Origin: Patescibacteria group bacterium
GTDB taxonomy: Bacteria; Patescibacteriota; Patescibacteriia; 2-01-FULL-39-33
Reading direction: 5' to 3'
DNA length: 32,000 nucleotides
Assembly (NCBI GenBank): GCA_041649575.1
Contig: JBAZMW010000001.1
Coordinates: 30,001 to 62,000 of the forward strand
Part shown: one piece after another, positions 17,501-26,200 of the stretch
Numbering within the stretch: position 1 is the first letter of the stretch
Layout of the letters: each line of letters begins with the position of its first letter
Translations under genes and position numbers: made by a program
Notes under the pieces: generated by a model
The model's input: only the letters and a program-made list of their open reading frames with translations
What the model was told of the DNA's origin: nothing
The model's database searches: none

Positions 17501-20500
17501 TTTGAGATTGATGCTGGTGGCGATAATAAACCGGATGGCTGGGTAGAGAGAGGGCTGACCAATATTAGTCTGGACACCAACGATAAATATAAAGCCAAGA
17601 TAGTTTATAGCGCCGAAGGATATGATAAATATCCACTGATACCGGTAGAGGCCGGCGAATATTATGCCATTTCCTTTGATGCCGCTCAAGCTATTAGTGG
17701 CAACAATGACGAAGCTGATTTGGAAATGATTTTTTTGAACAAGGAAGCGGACGCGATTATTGGGGCAACCGGTATAAAAATCGACAAGACAAATTGCGCC
17801 CAGACCGGAGACAACACCATTACTTTGAGAAATTTGCCTGCAAATATGAATATGCAGAGGCAGTCTTGCTACTTTTTGGTGCCGGCCGGGGCCAGAGTTA
17901 TGGGTTATAAGCTGTTTTCGGCCACCGCCAGTGGAGTTAATTTTATTGACAACATAAAATTGGAAAAAATAAATTATTTCAGCTTGAACGCCTCGGTTTA
18001 TACACCCTATACGCCTTCGGAACGACCAGTAAGCCAGTTGGCTTTTGTCAAAAAGGCTCCTGCTTATTACGGCTGTTATAAAACCGGCAGTCTTTGGCCG
18101 CAGAGCGAGACTGAATTGGAAAGAGTTTTGCTTGGCCGCAGTGCGGCCTGCGCTAATTTTGCCAGCGTTTGTATCAGAGATGAAGTTGGTTGCGAACGTT
18201 ATAGTCCGCTAAATAAGGATCCGGCAGTGCCGGGCAAAATCAACGCGCTTAATATCTGCCCGGCGGAGTGTGTCGGCTACCAGCTGTATCGCAAAGAGAA
18301 AACTTATTTCGAAAGCGTAAGCTACGAAAAATTCATTGCCGACAAAAAACCGCAGTATTGCTCGGCCGCTTACGCCGGTTGTGATGAGTTTACCAATTTA
18401 GACGAAGTGGCCAAGGGCGGCGAGAGCAGGGAATACTATTCGCAACTGCGCGTTTGTCAGCAACCGGCCGCCGACGCCAGCGATGCCACTTATTACACCT
18501 GGGAGGGCAGCGACACCACCGGCTATCAGCTAAAAACTTATCAGTTGAAAAAAAGTCAGACGGACAGCTTTGATACTAATGCTCCCTGCACTGTTTTGGA
18601 TTATCCGGCCAGTTTAAATGGCAAGAACCAGTGTAATGACCTGAAAGATGACGGAACCAACAGCGTTGGTTCGGTTTCATTGCCGGCCGGCTACAGTAGT
18701 CTAAAGGGTTATTTAACGGTTTTACAGGGTTATACCGATACCAGTAGCAGCGATCCGAATTTACCCACTATTGTTAACTCGGGAATTTTGGACGAGTTGC
18801 ACGAGTTTGGCATCTGCGCCAAACAAGAGCTCAACGGCATCGTTTACAATCGAGGCACGATGGATGATGCCAGTGACGATATTTACATTTATGCCAATGC
18901 CGATTGCCGCGAGTTTTATGATGGCAGCGGCCAAGTCCATTATCGGCTGCTTTCCAAGGCAATCTTTTCTTCCAGCGAGTGCCATCCTTATCGTCGCAGC
19001 CAGGTTCAGACCGATACGGCCGAAGCCCAAGCCGATTGCCGAAATTCCCAAGGCTATTGGAATGCTAACGGAGAGTGTATTTATATGGCGATACCCGGCC
19101 AGGGAAAGACTTGCCCTGCCAGCGCCAAGGGTTGCCGTCAATATGTCGGCAATCAAGGCAACAACGTCCGTTTGAAGTTTTTTGATAATTTTGAGAGTAA
19201 TCTGGGCGCCTGGCAAGGCGGCGGTGTTCTGGCCATGGAAGCCACTAATCCGGGAGGCAAATCATTAAAGAAGGCGGGCGGTGGCGAGATTAGCCGGCCG
19301 GTTGCCACAGTCAAAAATAAGGCTTATATCTTAAGTTTTTGGGCCAAGGCTTCGGCCGACGCCGTTGTGCTGGATGCAATTAAATTTAAAGGAGCGGAAA
19401 ATAACTCCGACAATTATTTTGCCGAAAGCGACAGCGACGCCGACAATATCCCGCAAGCAGTTTTAAATACCACTTGGCAGAAATATGACTTAGGTCCGGT
19501 TTTTGTCACTTGGGACGAAAGAGCCGACGAAGCGCTAGAAATCAAAGCGCCGGCCGGAGTCGATGTCTTTTTTGACAACATAATTCTAAAAGAAGTTCAG
19601 CAAAACGTTTACCTGATCGCCAATACTTGGTTTACGCCTTTTGCTTGCGATAACATACTGGAAACACCCTTTGGGTCAGCCGGTGATTCCAATAATCCGA
19701 CTCGTGACAGCCAAGGAGAGATGCTCGGCTGTCAGGCTTACAATGATCGATCCGATCAACCCTGGTATTTGAAATCATTTTCCAGATTATGCCGCGAAGA
19801 CGCTGTGGGTTGCGAGGCCTTAATTAATACCTTTAACTCCGATTCTCCTTGGGGCAAGGAATTTAATAACGAAGACTTGGAAACGCATGATGACGTGACG
19901 GTCCAGAGCGATCAGGCGGTCTATTTGGTCAATGACAATCAATATGCTTGTCAGGCCGAGGATAAGGGTTGCACGGCTTTCGGCTTGCCCAGCGTCACCA
20001 AGTATGACGAAACAATAGGTTACAGCACTGTGTATTTGGAAAACGTTCCTGACCGTTATAGCTTTGATCTGTGCCGTTACCAAAATTTATGGTGCGAGGA
20101 ATTCTCCAGTGCCGATGCCCGCGAACTGTCTTATTTTAAGGATCCCAGAGACAAGCTGTGCGAGTACACCGCGATTTCCGGCAAGAATTACAGCAACTGG
20201 TATGCCAAAGGGACTAATAATCCCTGTCTGACCACCGCCACGCAAACGATTGGTCTGGGTTCGGCCGATGAGAAGCGGCAGCCAATCGGCTGGTATGACA
20301 ATAAAACAGAGACGGAGGTGGCGGATTATAAGGGTTGGGCCGGCCTGTGTCCGGCCGAGCAGAGCTCTTGCACCGAATATATCGATCCGCTGACCGAGGT
20401 TTATGAGGGTCTCTTTAATAAGGAGGAAAACAGTTTCAAAAACTGTGCCGGCGAAACTCCAGGAGCCGAGCAAAACAATTGCGGTTATTATGTGTTAGAA

Positions 20501-23500
20501 CTGGAGGACGAAAATCTTTATACCATCTCGATCAAGAGAACCAGCTCCGGCAATGTCGCCACCCAGCTAGTTTGCGATAATGAAATTTGGTCGCCGGATA
20601 AGAGTTTGGATGTGTCTGGCTCTAGTAAATTAATTTTAAACAGAGACAACGTCGGCGGCGATAAGCAGGTTAGCGGTAGATTTTATCTGGAAAGTACCGG
20701 CGCCGGCCAGGCCAGAGTCAATTGTCGCATTTACGATCCTGGTTTTGACGGCGAAGAGATCGAAGTGGTTAAGGCCGGGGTTTATTATCAATTGGCCAAA
20801 GCGGTCAATCGCGCCGCCTGCAACGGTTTGGTGGATATAGATAGCGGTTGCGTTTTGTTCAATGAGAGAGGAGAGATGAATTACTCCAAGCAGGGCGTGG
20901 AGAGAGTCCGCGATTATCTTGACTTTGACGCCGATGAAACTTTCAATTTGCAAATCAAAGCTGCCAGTAAAAATCCACAGCCGCCATTTTCAGCGATTTT
21001 GCCAGGCCAAAAAAATTCTAATTCGATCATTAAAGTGTCGCCAGACAGGGAATGCAGCGGCTGGCTGTTTTGCACCACTTACGAAAAAGCCAATCCCGAA
21101 GATACGGATTTGGCCTTTGGCAGTCAGGATAAGTGTTTGGAAATAGGCCTCTGCAGTCGCTTTGATAGCAAGGGAAATTGTTTGAAATATTCGCTGGGCA
21201 AAAAAGAAGCCCTGTCTACCAGCACCCCCGATTTTCAAAACTTAACGGGATACTCCATCAGCGGTTATTACCCGACAGATCTGATGGAACAAATCGGCAA
21301 TGCGGCCAACTTGCCCAATGGTAATTTTGAATCAACTTACTCGGGAACCAAAGAACCTCTTGGCTGGTATATCGGCGGCAGTCATTATGATTCGGACAAC
21401 ATCAAACAGCCAGGACAAGTCAGCGGCTGGGGCGATTATCGTTTTAGCATCGAACGGGATTCTGCCAATCGTAGGGAAGGCTCTGGTTATTTAAAATTAA
21501 ACGGAGCCTATGAGGCCGAATCGGAACTGGTAGATGTTTTCCCCAATGTTGATTACACTATTTCGGCCTGGGTAAACACGCTTAACCTGCAGCCCACTTC
21601 GACGCAAGCGGAAATTCTGGTCAGGGAGCTAAACGCCAGTGGCAATACTATAAAAAATTCCAACTGCTCGGCCGTGGCCGGCTGTTATGAAGTCAAAATC
21701 AATGGCATCTCCTGGTCTTTGTATGGCGGACTGAAATTAAAAGCCGGCCAGCCCTGGCTTAGAGTCAACCAGCGGATAAAAACTATGCCGGAAACTTCAA
21801 GATTGCAAATTAAACTGTTAAATTTTCTTAGTAGCCAGGATTATGTAAATTGTCGCGACCAGAACGCAGCCACCTATTGCAAAACGGGGGGCTACACTTT
21901 CTTTGACGATTTACAGATAAACGCCGCCCTGAAAGTTAATGACAAAGAGAACATAAAAAGAGACTGTCGCGCTTATCCCGAGCAGGATTCATTGGCCTGT
22001 CGGTATTTCAAAGATAATCAGTTTTTTTATGGCTGGTCCGGCTACTGCCTGACTTATGATCCGCTAAACTCTCGTTCCTGTCTGCAGTGGTGGCCGGTCG
22101 ACAATATAAAAGGGGAAGTGGAGGACGAGGTTTCCGGTTATGACAACAGAGTTCCTTTGTATTATTGTCTGTTAACCGAATTTGAAAGAGAATTGAAAGA
22201 AGTAAGTACCGATGTGATACAGGTTCAGGAAGCGGTCGGCGGCGCTATGCCGGTTGCCTCTCAGGCCCAAGGAGTGGCGGGAACAATTTTGGATTTTTTA
22301 GAATTCATTCTTAATATTGTGGGCGATGTCTTTCTGGGCGGAACTAATAGCGGAACAATCATAACCGACCTGATAGCCGGCGGCTTGCAGACTTTTGCCG
22401 GCATTGATGTCGGGTCGAGCGGCTCTTCGTCTTCAAAATCGAATATGCCTCAATGCGAAAGACTAAGCTTTGAGGATTTGAAATTCGATCCGACCACAAA
22501 AAGCTTGAATTCCTGGGTTGCCAGTATCACCGGGAATAATTCCAGAAACGTCGATGCCAAGTATCTGAAGCCGATAAGTTTGTATAATGTAGTCTATATC
22601 ACCCTGGATACCGGCTATGGCGGCGGCGGCGGCGTGGAATGCGAAGATCAGGGCGGGCATAATTTACAAAAAGTAAAATACACGGAAAATTTTATTCTTA
22701 GAGGTCTGTATAAATTGGTTGTCGGCGGTACTAGCAGTATAACTACCGAAGATTATGGTTATGTTTCTCCTGGCGATGGTACGGCCGGCCTGGATTATAG
22801 CGACAAGACTTATTGCGCGGGTTTTGTGACCTTTTTTGACAAAGACGAGAACGGTCATCGCAAAGGAGAAATAAAAAACATGATAGCCTGCGCTCAGGAT
22901 ACAGGGGAGTACACCCATCAGGACACCTTTAACTTTAAGTTTAAGATAGGCTACATGACAGACAAGCAGGGCCCGGCTTGCCAAATATTGGCTCAAGTGG
23001 TGACTCCGATGGGCAATAACAAGGCTTGGAGCAGAAGGGTGGCCAAGGGCAGTATTTTCACTATGCCTGGTCTTGGCACTTCGTATAATTCCGATTATCC
23101 TCCTTATGGCGCGGTGGTGCCGCCGGAGCCGGCGCATTATCCCGAGGTTTGGGATACCGACTTAACTCAAAAAGATAAGCAAAAATTATATCATTCCGCG
23201 CCGGAACTGGAAAGCCAAAAGCCCTATCAGGCCAGGGCGGGAGAAGTGTTTAGTTGCGTCAATTATGTCAATGATTTGCCAGGTTATGATGGAACAATGG
23301 GAGCGTTAAGAAGTATTTTTGGAGTCGCTTCCAGCTGGGCTTATAAGGTGCCTTGTTTTGAGGGCTGCCTGAAAGGCATCAGAACCGACAATGCCTGGCA
23401 GGGACTAACTTCCATAACCCAGTCGGTGCTGTGTGTTTGGAGACATTGCACCAACGCCTGCAATTTCATCGGCCGTTGCAGTCAGTCGGGCAGTGTTTGT

Positions 23501-26164
23501 GTCAACTACAACGGCTTTGGCGATGATATTTTGGGTATTGATTCGCTCGACGAACAGTCCATGCCTTGCCCGATTTCCGGAGAAAAATGCGTTAGCATCT
23601 CTTTGTGGAAAATGTTGAACCAAAACGGAGTACCGACCTGGATCGACCAGGCAGCCATTAGAAACAGTTCCAGTTTCATAAAACGACTTTTCGCCAAAAG
23701 TTATGGAGTCTGGACCTGGGCCGGCGATGGGGTCGGCTACAAGAAGACCGACCAATATAATTGGGATGTTCCGGTCAGGCAGTGCGAATTTCACGGCGTG
23801 CCAAATGTTCGTCCTGATCCTCAAAATAGCAGTATCAACGAGATAATTACCGGCTGGTTTGATCTGAATTTTGAAAAAAACCCAGCCACCGTGGCGGATT
23901 GTGATTGGGGCAGCGCCTGCTTGGAGCCGGCCGGCTGTGATTGTCATGGACTGTGCACGGTGCCCAACGGACAACGAACCTGTGAGTATCCCAAAAATCC
24001 GGATTATTGCGGGGTGGCTCCGGTTATCAATAATATCAGAGTGAACAAGAAGGTGGAGGTGGATGTAAACGGAGTGAATTTGTCAAATACGCCGGTTAAA
24101 GTCAGCAACAACAGTAACGTGGAGCTGGAGTTCAACGCGACCTTGGATCCCGAACAGTTGCCGCTCTCGGCTTACCAGGTTGATTGGGGAGATTACAAGC
24201 TCTCTTATTCCGGCATCGAGCTAAGAGACCGCTCCAATATCAAAAATAAATTCAAACTCTATCATTATTATAGTTACGAGAAGTTGTCCAAACAAAACAC
24301 CGGTCTTGATGAGATTTATTGCGACGGAGACGCTCTGCCGCAGGATCCAGCGGTAAGTCCGCCGGTTCTGACCGTTGCTTCCGGAGAATGCTGGCTAAAA
24401 ATAAAAATTCAGGTGCGCGATAATTGGGGCTGGTGCAACGGCAGTGATAGCGCCAAAGGTTTTCATGTCAGCAGCGGCAAATGCGGTTCAGACGAGGCCT
24501 GGAGGAATTTTGGCCGCTGGGTGGTGGTAATAAAGAATTTCGAAGACCTCGATGTGGAAGAAGATAAAGAGCTAAATAATGACAGTGATCTGGATTTAGC
24601 TTTCACGCCCTATAATGGTATTTGTGAGCCGGGAGAGGATATTAATACCGAGCCGGCCTGCCCCCTGACTTCGGGCGCCAGTTTTTCTTTGAGGCACAAT
24701 ACTATGAAAAGAACTATCAGCACCAATCCGCAACTTGATGAATATTGGTATTTTTCCACCGGTCAGGGTGAGGATATAACTAAAATCAGGAATTTAAGAA
24801 TCAGGGCGATCGGAGTTTTAAATTCCAAGCAATGGGAAATAGATGATCAGGTTGTGAAGAACGGCGCGAGATTTAATTTGGTTAAAGTCCCCTACGAGGT
24901 GCAGAAGAATTGCGAGGTCAAACGGCTCAGCGCCGTAGAGGAGCCGACACTAGGGGACGGCGATTGTGTTTACATCGAAAGCGAGAGACTAGCCGCCGGC
25001 GCCTCCGAAAGCGGCCAGATTTGGGACACCGCTCTTTATAGCCCGCAGTTGTTCACTTACCCGTCAATATTAGAATATGACTACCAGTTTAAAAGAGAAG
25101 GCCAGATAGAAAATCCGCCAACTGTTTTTAAGCTTCATGGAGAGAGGACTTTCTATCGTGGCACGGTGATTACTTTAGAGGAGAGAGACGACGACGGCAC
25201 CATTAAGAGCGGCGCCAAATATATAGATGTTGACACCGAAGCCTGTGATTCCGTATTCTGTGATTTAAAGCAAGGTTCGGCTAATGGTTTTCATGTTTGT
25301 GACAATCAGGGAGATTGTTCTGTCAACGCTTGCGATGGTCGGTGGGACGATAAGGATTTGATTTACAAAACCGTCTGCGAGCTCTTTGGCACGGATAGCC
25401 ACTGCCGGCCAGAGTGTTCTTGCGAACAGGGTTTTCAGGCCAAAACATCCGCCGATGGCACTTGCGTAGATTGTTCCAGTGGCCAAAGTTGCGGCTGTCC
25501 CAGTTTCCAGTGCTGGAATTCTTCAAGCAAAACGTGCGAACCATGTGGCCTGAAGCTGATGGGCAGATTCGCTCTGGAAGAAGCCGTTAACACGGCCGTT
25601 GTCGGGGCGACCGCGCCCAATACCGACGGCCGGCGAAATTTGACAGTCAAAGACAAAGACTCCAATTTTATCCAAGAAGGCGATCCAGACGCTCTACTTT
25701 GCTTCCAGCTGGTGAAGATAAAAAACAGCTCCGGAGCAGAGCAAAGCAGTTTTACCAGAGATTTGCAAAATGGCGATATTGTCACTCTGTTTACTCCTTG
25801 GGGCTGCGTGCAAGAGGCCGGTAATGATTACGTGGTGGGCGCTGGGAGCGGTTGTCGCGAATTCAAAGTTGAAGGCAGCCCGGTTTTTTCCAAGGGCTCG
25901 ACTATGACTCTAAAAGATGGCAGCAGTTATTGGGATGCCGATATAGCCGGAAGTGGCAAGATAAGTAAAGGCAGCTTAAATACCTTCAAAGTCGGTGATT
26001 GCAGCGACGGCAGCTTTGCCTTGGCCAGTTCTGAGTGGCGTTTGGCCAGCGGCCGCGTGGCGGGAGCGAGCGAGAGCGGAGCCGGATCGAGGCTGGGCCG
26101 GCTGGAAGGAGCTTTGGCTGATTTGTGGAACAATTTTTCAAAATTAGTGGCCAGAGTATTTTAG
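14567..26164 (+). CDS. Giant (3865 aa) secreted cysteine-rich surface protein of the CPR T4SS-like locus
   Basis: Single uninterrupted ORF; N-terminal signal/TM KVIVVGFLLSFFIPALVIAQ; recurrent CxxxxxGCxxF/Y modules; several CBM/galactose-binding-like jelly-roll segments; PKD-like segment; C-terminal Cys-rich tail. Confidence 0.93.
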   Translation: MNPGEGTKKITKNLFNKVIVVGFLLSFFIPALVIAQEVVPGISGVNVADVHDENAFRVATEGGGDAVITCNNFVAGGLATSGDIAALIKCIESGTKAQNKTVDKNTLKQLKALEQKQQREELFSKMKDELKKSMAGAFKTMLRQFSKQLAYDTAVWVASGGKGQQPLFMTEGIGAYLRNQLDNALGVFLDELGRYYGVDVCTPNFQIRALLPGYLGRPQVSVRCSFTKMISNWQSAAQNASFAVEYRRFLRPGENDISSLLMIKTGLSNKLDQELRDSVLNVLSKDGWKDVKDFAGWVLTPGTMVRKATENAIDPQNTSIADYTYTDTLWDFIETFLNTLTGKLLENLMTGFFSSGGNTQNFTTGNSSSSLFNPLAQPFSEGQEGAQERFLSLVEGSLQVGGVYDILNKLTQCLDSSKSNLGPTDCVIDQALAQAIREKKLVKDLSADILNRQFAPSISANINPQTVFTLRNIVILRKYRIVPVGWEVAAKLVNEKAKQIYTLRQLMECYNGCDRFGKEEDFCGNPAVEDTSSWCRGLVDPNWVLKAPELFCRREGYGIESGAIDSQNSVSRDKYCADEQQCIKEDEKGNCLAYGYCTKERRTWDFNSSTCDPKFNTCFNFKSRTGAANAYLANTLDYRDCDAQVAGCRWLATALNPVSNYWLNLTYKTNELGKPKEVLKTCNNPLGCEVTGASAAAAVTYGHNISPDAKTILSQPCNKSAGCSYETSKCTIPNGGVTCSPIKAACDGQNNILAGYNGNFAKCASWNAEKWEEGWGGSENNHHACVTGVGVTGSGIKDDKALASYTLGQQVSSALRDISVEPNKKYILTFEAKKSALDAYGGVTRGSVAVKVEFTDTSGKKTDQGVVLAADDLSDTGYRTFTIGNINNGNNDKFTIKVTTNAGSYGSFYFDEFILREVTENCFETNLVLTNGVQTEDDSNKEIYFDRDIQSCDAKDEGCSQFIRTKAGLGSNLIPNSGFEIDAGGDNKPDGWVERGLTNISLDTNDKYKAKIVYSAEGYDKYPLIPVEAGEYYAISFDAAQAISGNNDEADLEMIFLNKEADAIIGATGIKIDKTNCAQTGDNTITLRNLPANMNMQRQSCYFLVPAGARVMGYKLFSATASGVNFIDNIKLEKINYFSLNASVYTPYTPSERPVSQLAFVKKAPAYYGCYKTGSLWPQSETELERVLLGRSAACANFASVCIRDEVGCERYSPLNKDPAVPGKINALNICPAECVGYQLYRKEKTYFESVSYEKFIADKKPQYCSAAYAGCDEFTNLDEVAKGGESREYYSQLRVCQQPAADASDATYYTWEGSDTTGYQLKTYQLKKSQTDSFDTNAPCTVLDYPASLNGKNQCNDLKDDGTNSVGSVSLPAGYSSLKGYLTVLQGYTDTSSSDPNLPTIVNSGILDELHEFGICAKQELNGIVYNRGTMDDASDDIYIYANADCREFYDGSGQVHYRLLSKAIFSSSECHPYRRSQVQTDTAEAQADCRNSQGYWNANGECIYMAIPGQGKTCPASAKGCRQYVGNQGNNVRLKFFDNFESNLGAWQGGGVLAMEATNPGGKSLKKAGGGEISRPVATVKNKAYILSFWAKASADAVVLDAIKFKGAENNSDNYFAESDSDADNIPQAVLNTTWQKYDLGPVFVTWDERADEALEIKAPAGVDVFFDNIILKEVQQNVYLIANTWFTPFACDNILETPFGSAGDSNNPTRDSQGEMLGCQAYNDRSDQPWYLKSFSRLCREDAVGCEALINTFNSDSPWGKEFNNEDLETHDDVTVQSDQAVYLVNDNQYACQAEDKGCTAFGLPSVTKYDETIGYSTVYLENVPDRYSFDLCRYQNLWCEEFSSADARELSYFKDPRDKLCEYTAISGKNYSNWYAKGTNNPCLTTATQTIGLGSADEKRQPIGWYDNKTETEVADYKGWAGLCPAEQSSCTEYIDPLTEVYEGLFNKEENSFKNCAGETPGAEQNNCGYYVLELEDENLYTISIKRTSSGNVATQLVCDNEIWSPDKSLDVSGSSKLILNRDNVGGDKQVSGRFYLESTGAGQARVNCRIYDPGFDGEEIEVVKAGVYYQLAKAVNRAACNGLVDIDSGCVLFNERGEMNYSKQGVERVRDYLDFDADETFNLQIKAASKNPQPPFSAILPGQKNSNSIIKVSPDRECSGWLFCTTYEKANPEDTDLAFGSQDKCLEIGLCSRFDSKGNCLKYSLGKKEALSTSTPDFQNLTGYSISGYYPTDLMEQIGNAANLPNGNFESTYSGTKEPLGWYIGGSHYDSDNIKQPGQVSGWGDYRFSIERDSANRREGSGYLKLNGAYEAESELVDVFPNVDYTISAWVNTLNLQPTSTQAEILVRELNASGNTIKNSNCSAVAGCYEVKINGISWSLYGGLKLKAGQPWLRVNQRIKTMPETSRLQIKLLNFLSSQDYVNCRDQNAATYCKTGGYTFFDDLQINAALKVNDKENIKRDCRAYPEQDSLACRYFKDNQFFYGWSGYCLTYDPLNSRSCLQWWPVDNIKGEVEDEVSGYDNRVPLYYCLLTEFERELKEVSTDVIQVQEAVGGAMPVASQAQGVAGTILDFLEFILNIVGDVFLGGTNSGTIITDLIAGGLQTFAGIDVGSSGSSSSKSNMPQCERLSFEDLKFDPTTKSLNSWVASITGNNSRNVDAKYLKPISLYNVVYITLDTGYGGGGGVECEDQGGHNLQKVKYTENFILRGLYKLVVGGTSSITTEDYGYVSPGDGTAGLDYSDKTYCAGFVTFFDKDENGHRKGEIKNMIACAQDTGEYTHQDTFNFKFKIGYMTDKQGPACQILAQVVTPMGNNKAWSRRVAKGSIFTMPGLGTSYNSDYPPYGAVVPPEPAHYPEVWDTDLTQKDKQKLYHSAPELESQKPYQARAGEVFSCVNYVNDLPGYDGTMGALRSIFGVASSWAYKVPCFEGCLKGIRTDNAWQGLTSITQSVLCVWRHCTNACNFIGRCSQSGSVCVNYNGFGDDILGIDSLDEQSMPCPISGEKCVSISLWKMLNQNGVPTWIDQAAIRNSSSFIKRLFAKSYGVWTWAGDGVGYKKTDQYNWDVPVRQCEFHGVPNVRPDPQNSSINEIITGWFDLNFEKNPATVADCDWGSACLEPAGCDCHGLCTVPNGQRTCEYPKNPDYCGVAPVINNIRVNKKVEVDVNGVNLSNTPVKVSNNSNVELEFNATLDPEQLPLSAYQVDWGDYKLSYSGIELRDRSNIKNKFKLYHYYSYEKLSKQNTGLDEIYCDGDALPQDPAVSPPVLTVASGECWLKIKIQVRDNWGWCNGSDSAKGFHVSSGKCGSDEAWRNFGRWVVVIKNFEDLDVEEDKELNNDSDLDLAFTPYNGICEPGEDINTEPACPLTSGASFSLRHNTMKRTISTNPQLDEYWYFSTGQGEDITKIRNLRIRAIGVLNSKQWEIDDQVVKNGARFNLVKVPYEVQKNCEVKRLSAVEEPTLGDGDCVYIESERLAAGASESGQIWDTALYSPQLFTYPSILEYDYQFKREGQIENPPTVFKLHGERTFYRGTVITLEERDDDGTIKSGAKYIDVDTEACDSVFCDLKQGSANGFHVCDNQGDCSVNACDGRWDDKDLIYKTVCELFGTDSHCRPECSCEQGFQAKTSADGTCVDCSSGQSCGCPSFQCWNSSSKTCEPCGLKLMGRFALEEAVNTAVVGATAPNTDGRRNLTVKDKDSNFIQEGDPDALLCFQLVKIKNSSGAEQSSFTRDLQNGDIVTLFTPWGCVQEAGNDYVVGAGSGCREFKVEGSPVFSKGSTMTLKDGSSYWDADIAGSGKISKGSLNTFKVGDCSDGSFALASSEWRLASGRVAGASESGAGSRLGRLEGALADLWNNFSKLVARVF

Positions 26165-26200
26165 GTTTTATTTTTTTAAATAAGCGAGGTTTTTAAAAAA

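Noticed and set aside
25435-25785. 116-aa antisense ORF near the giant C-terminus
   Set aside because: Opposite a Cys-rich EGF-like coding segment; no motif support.
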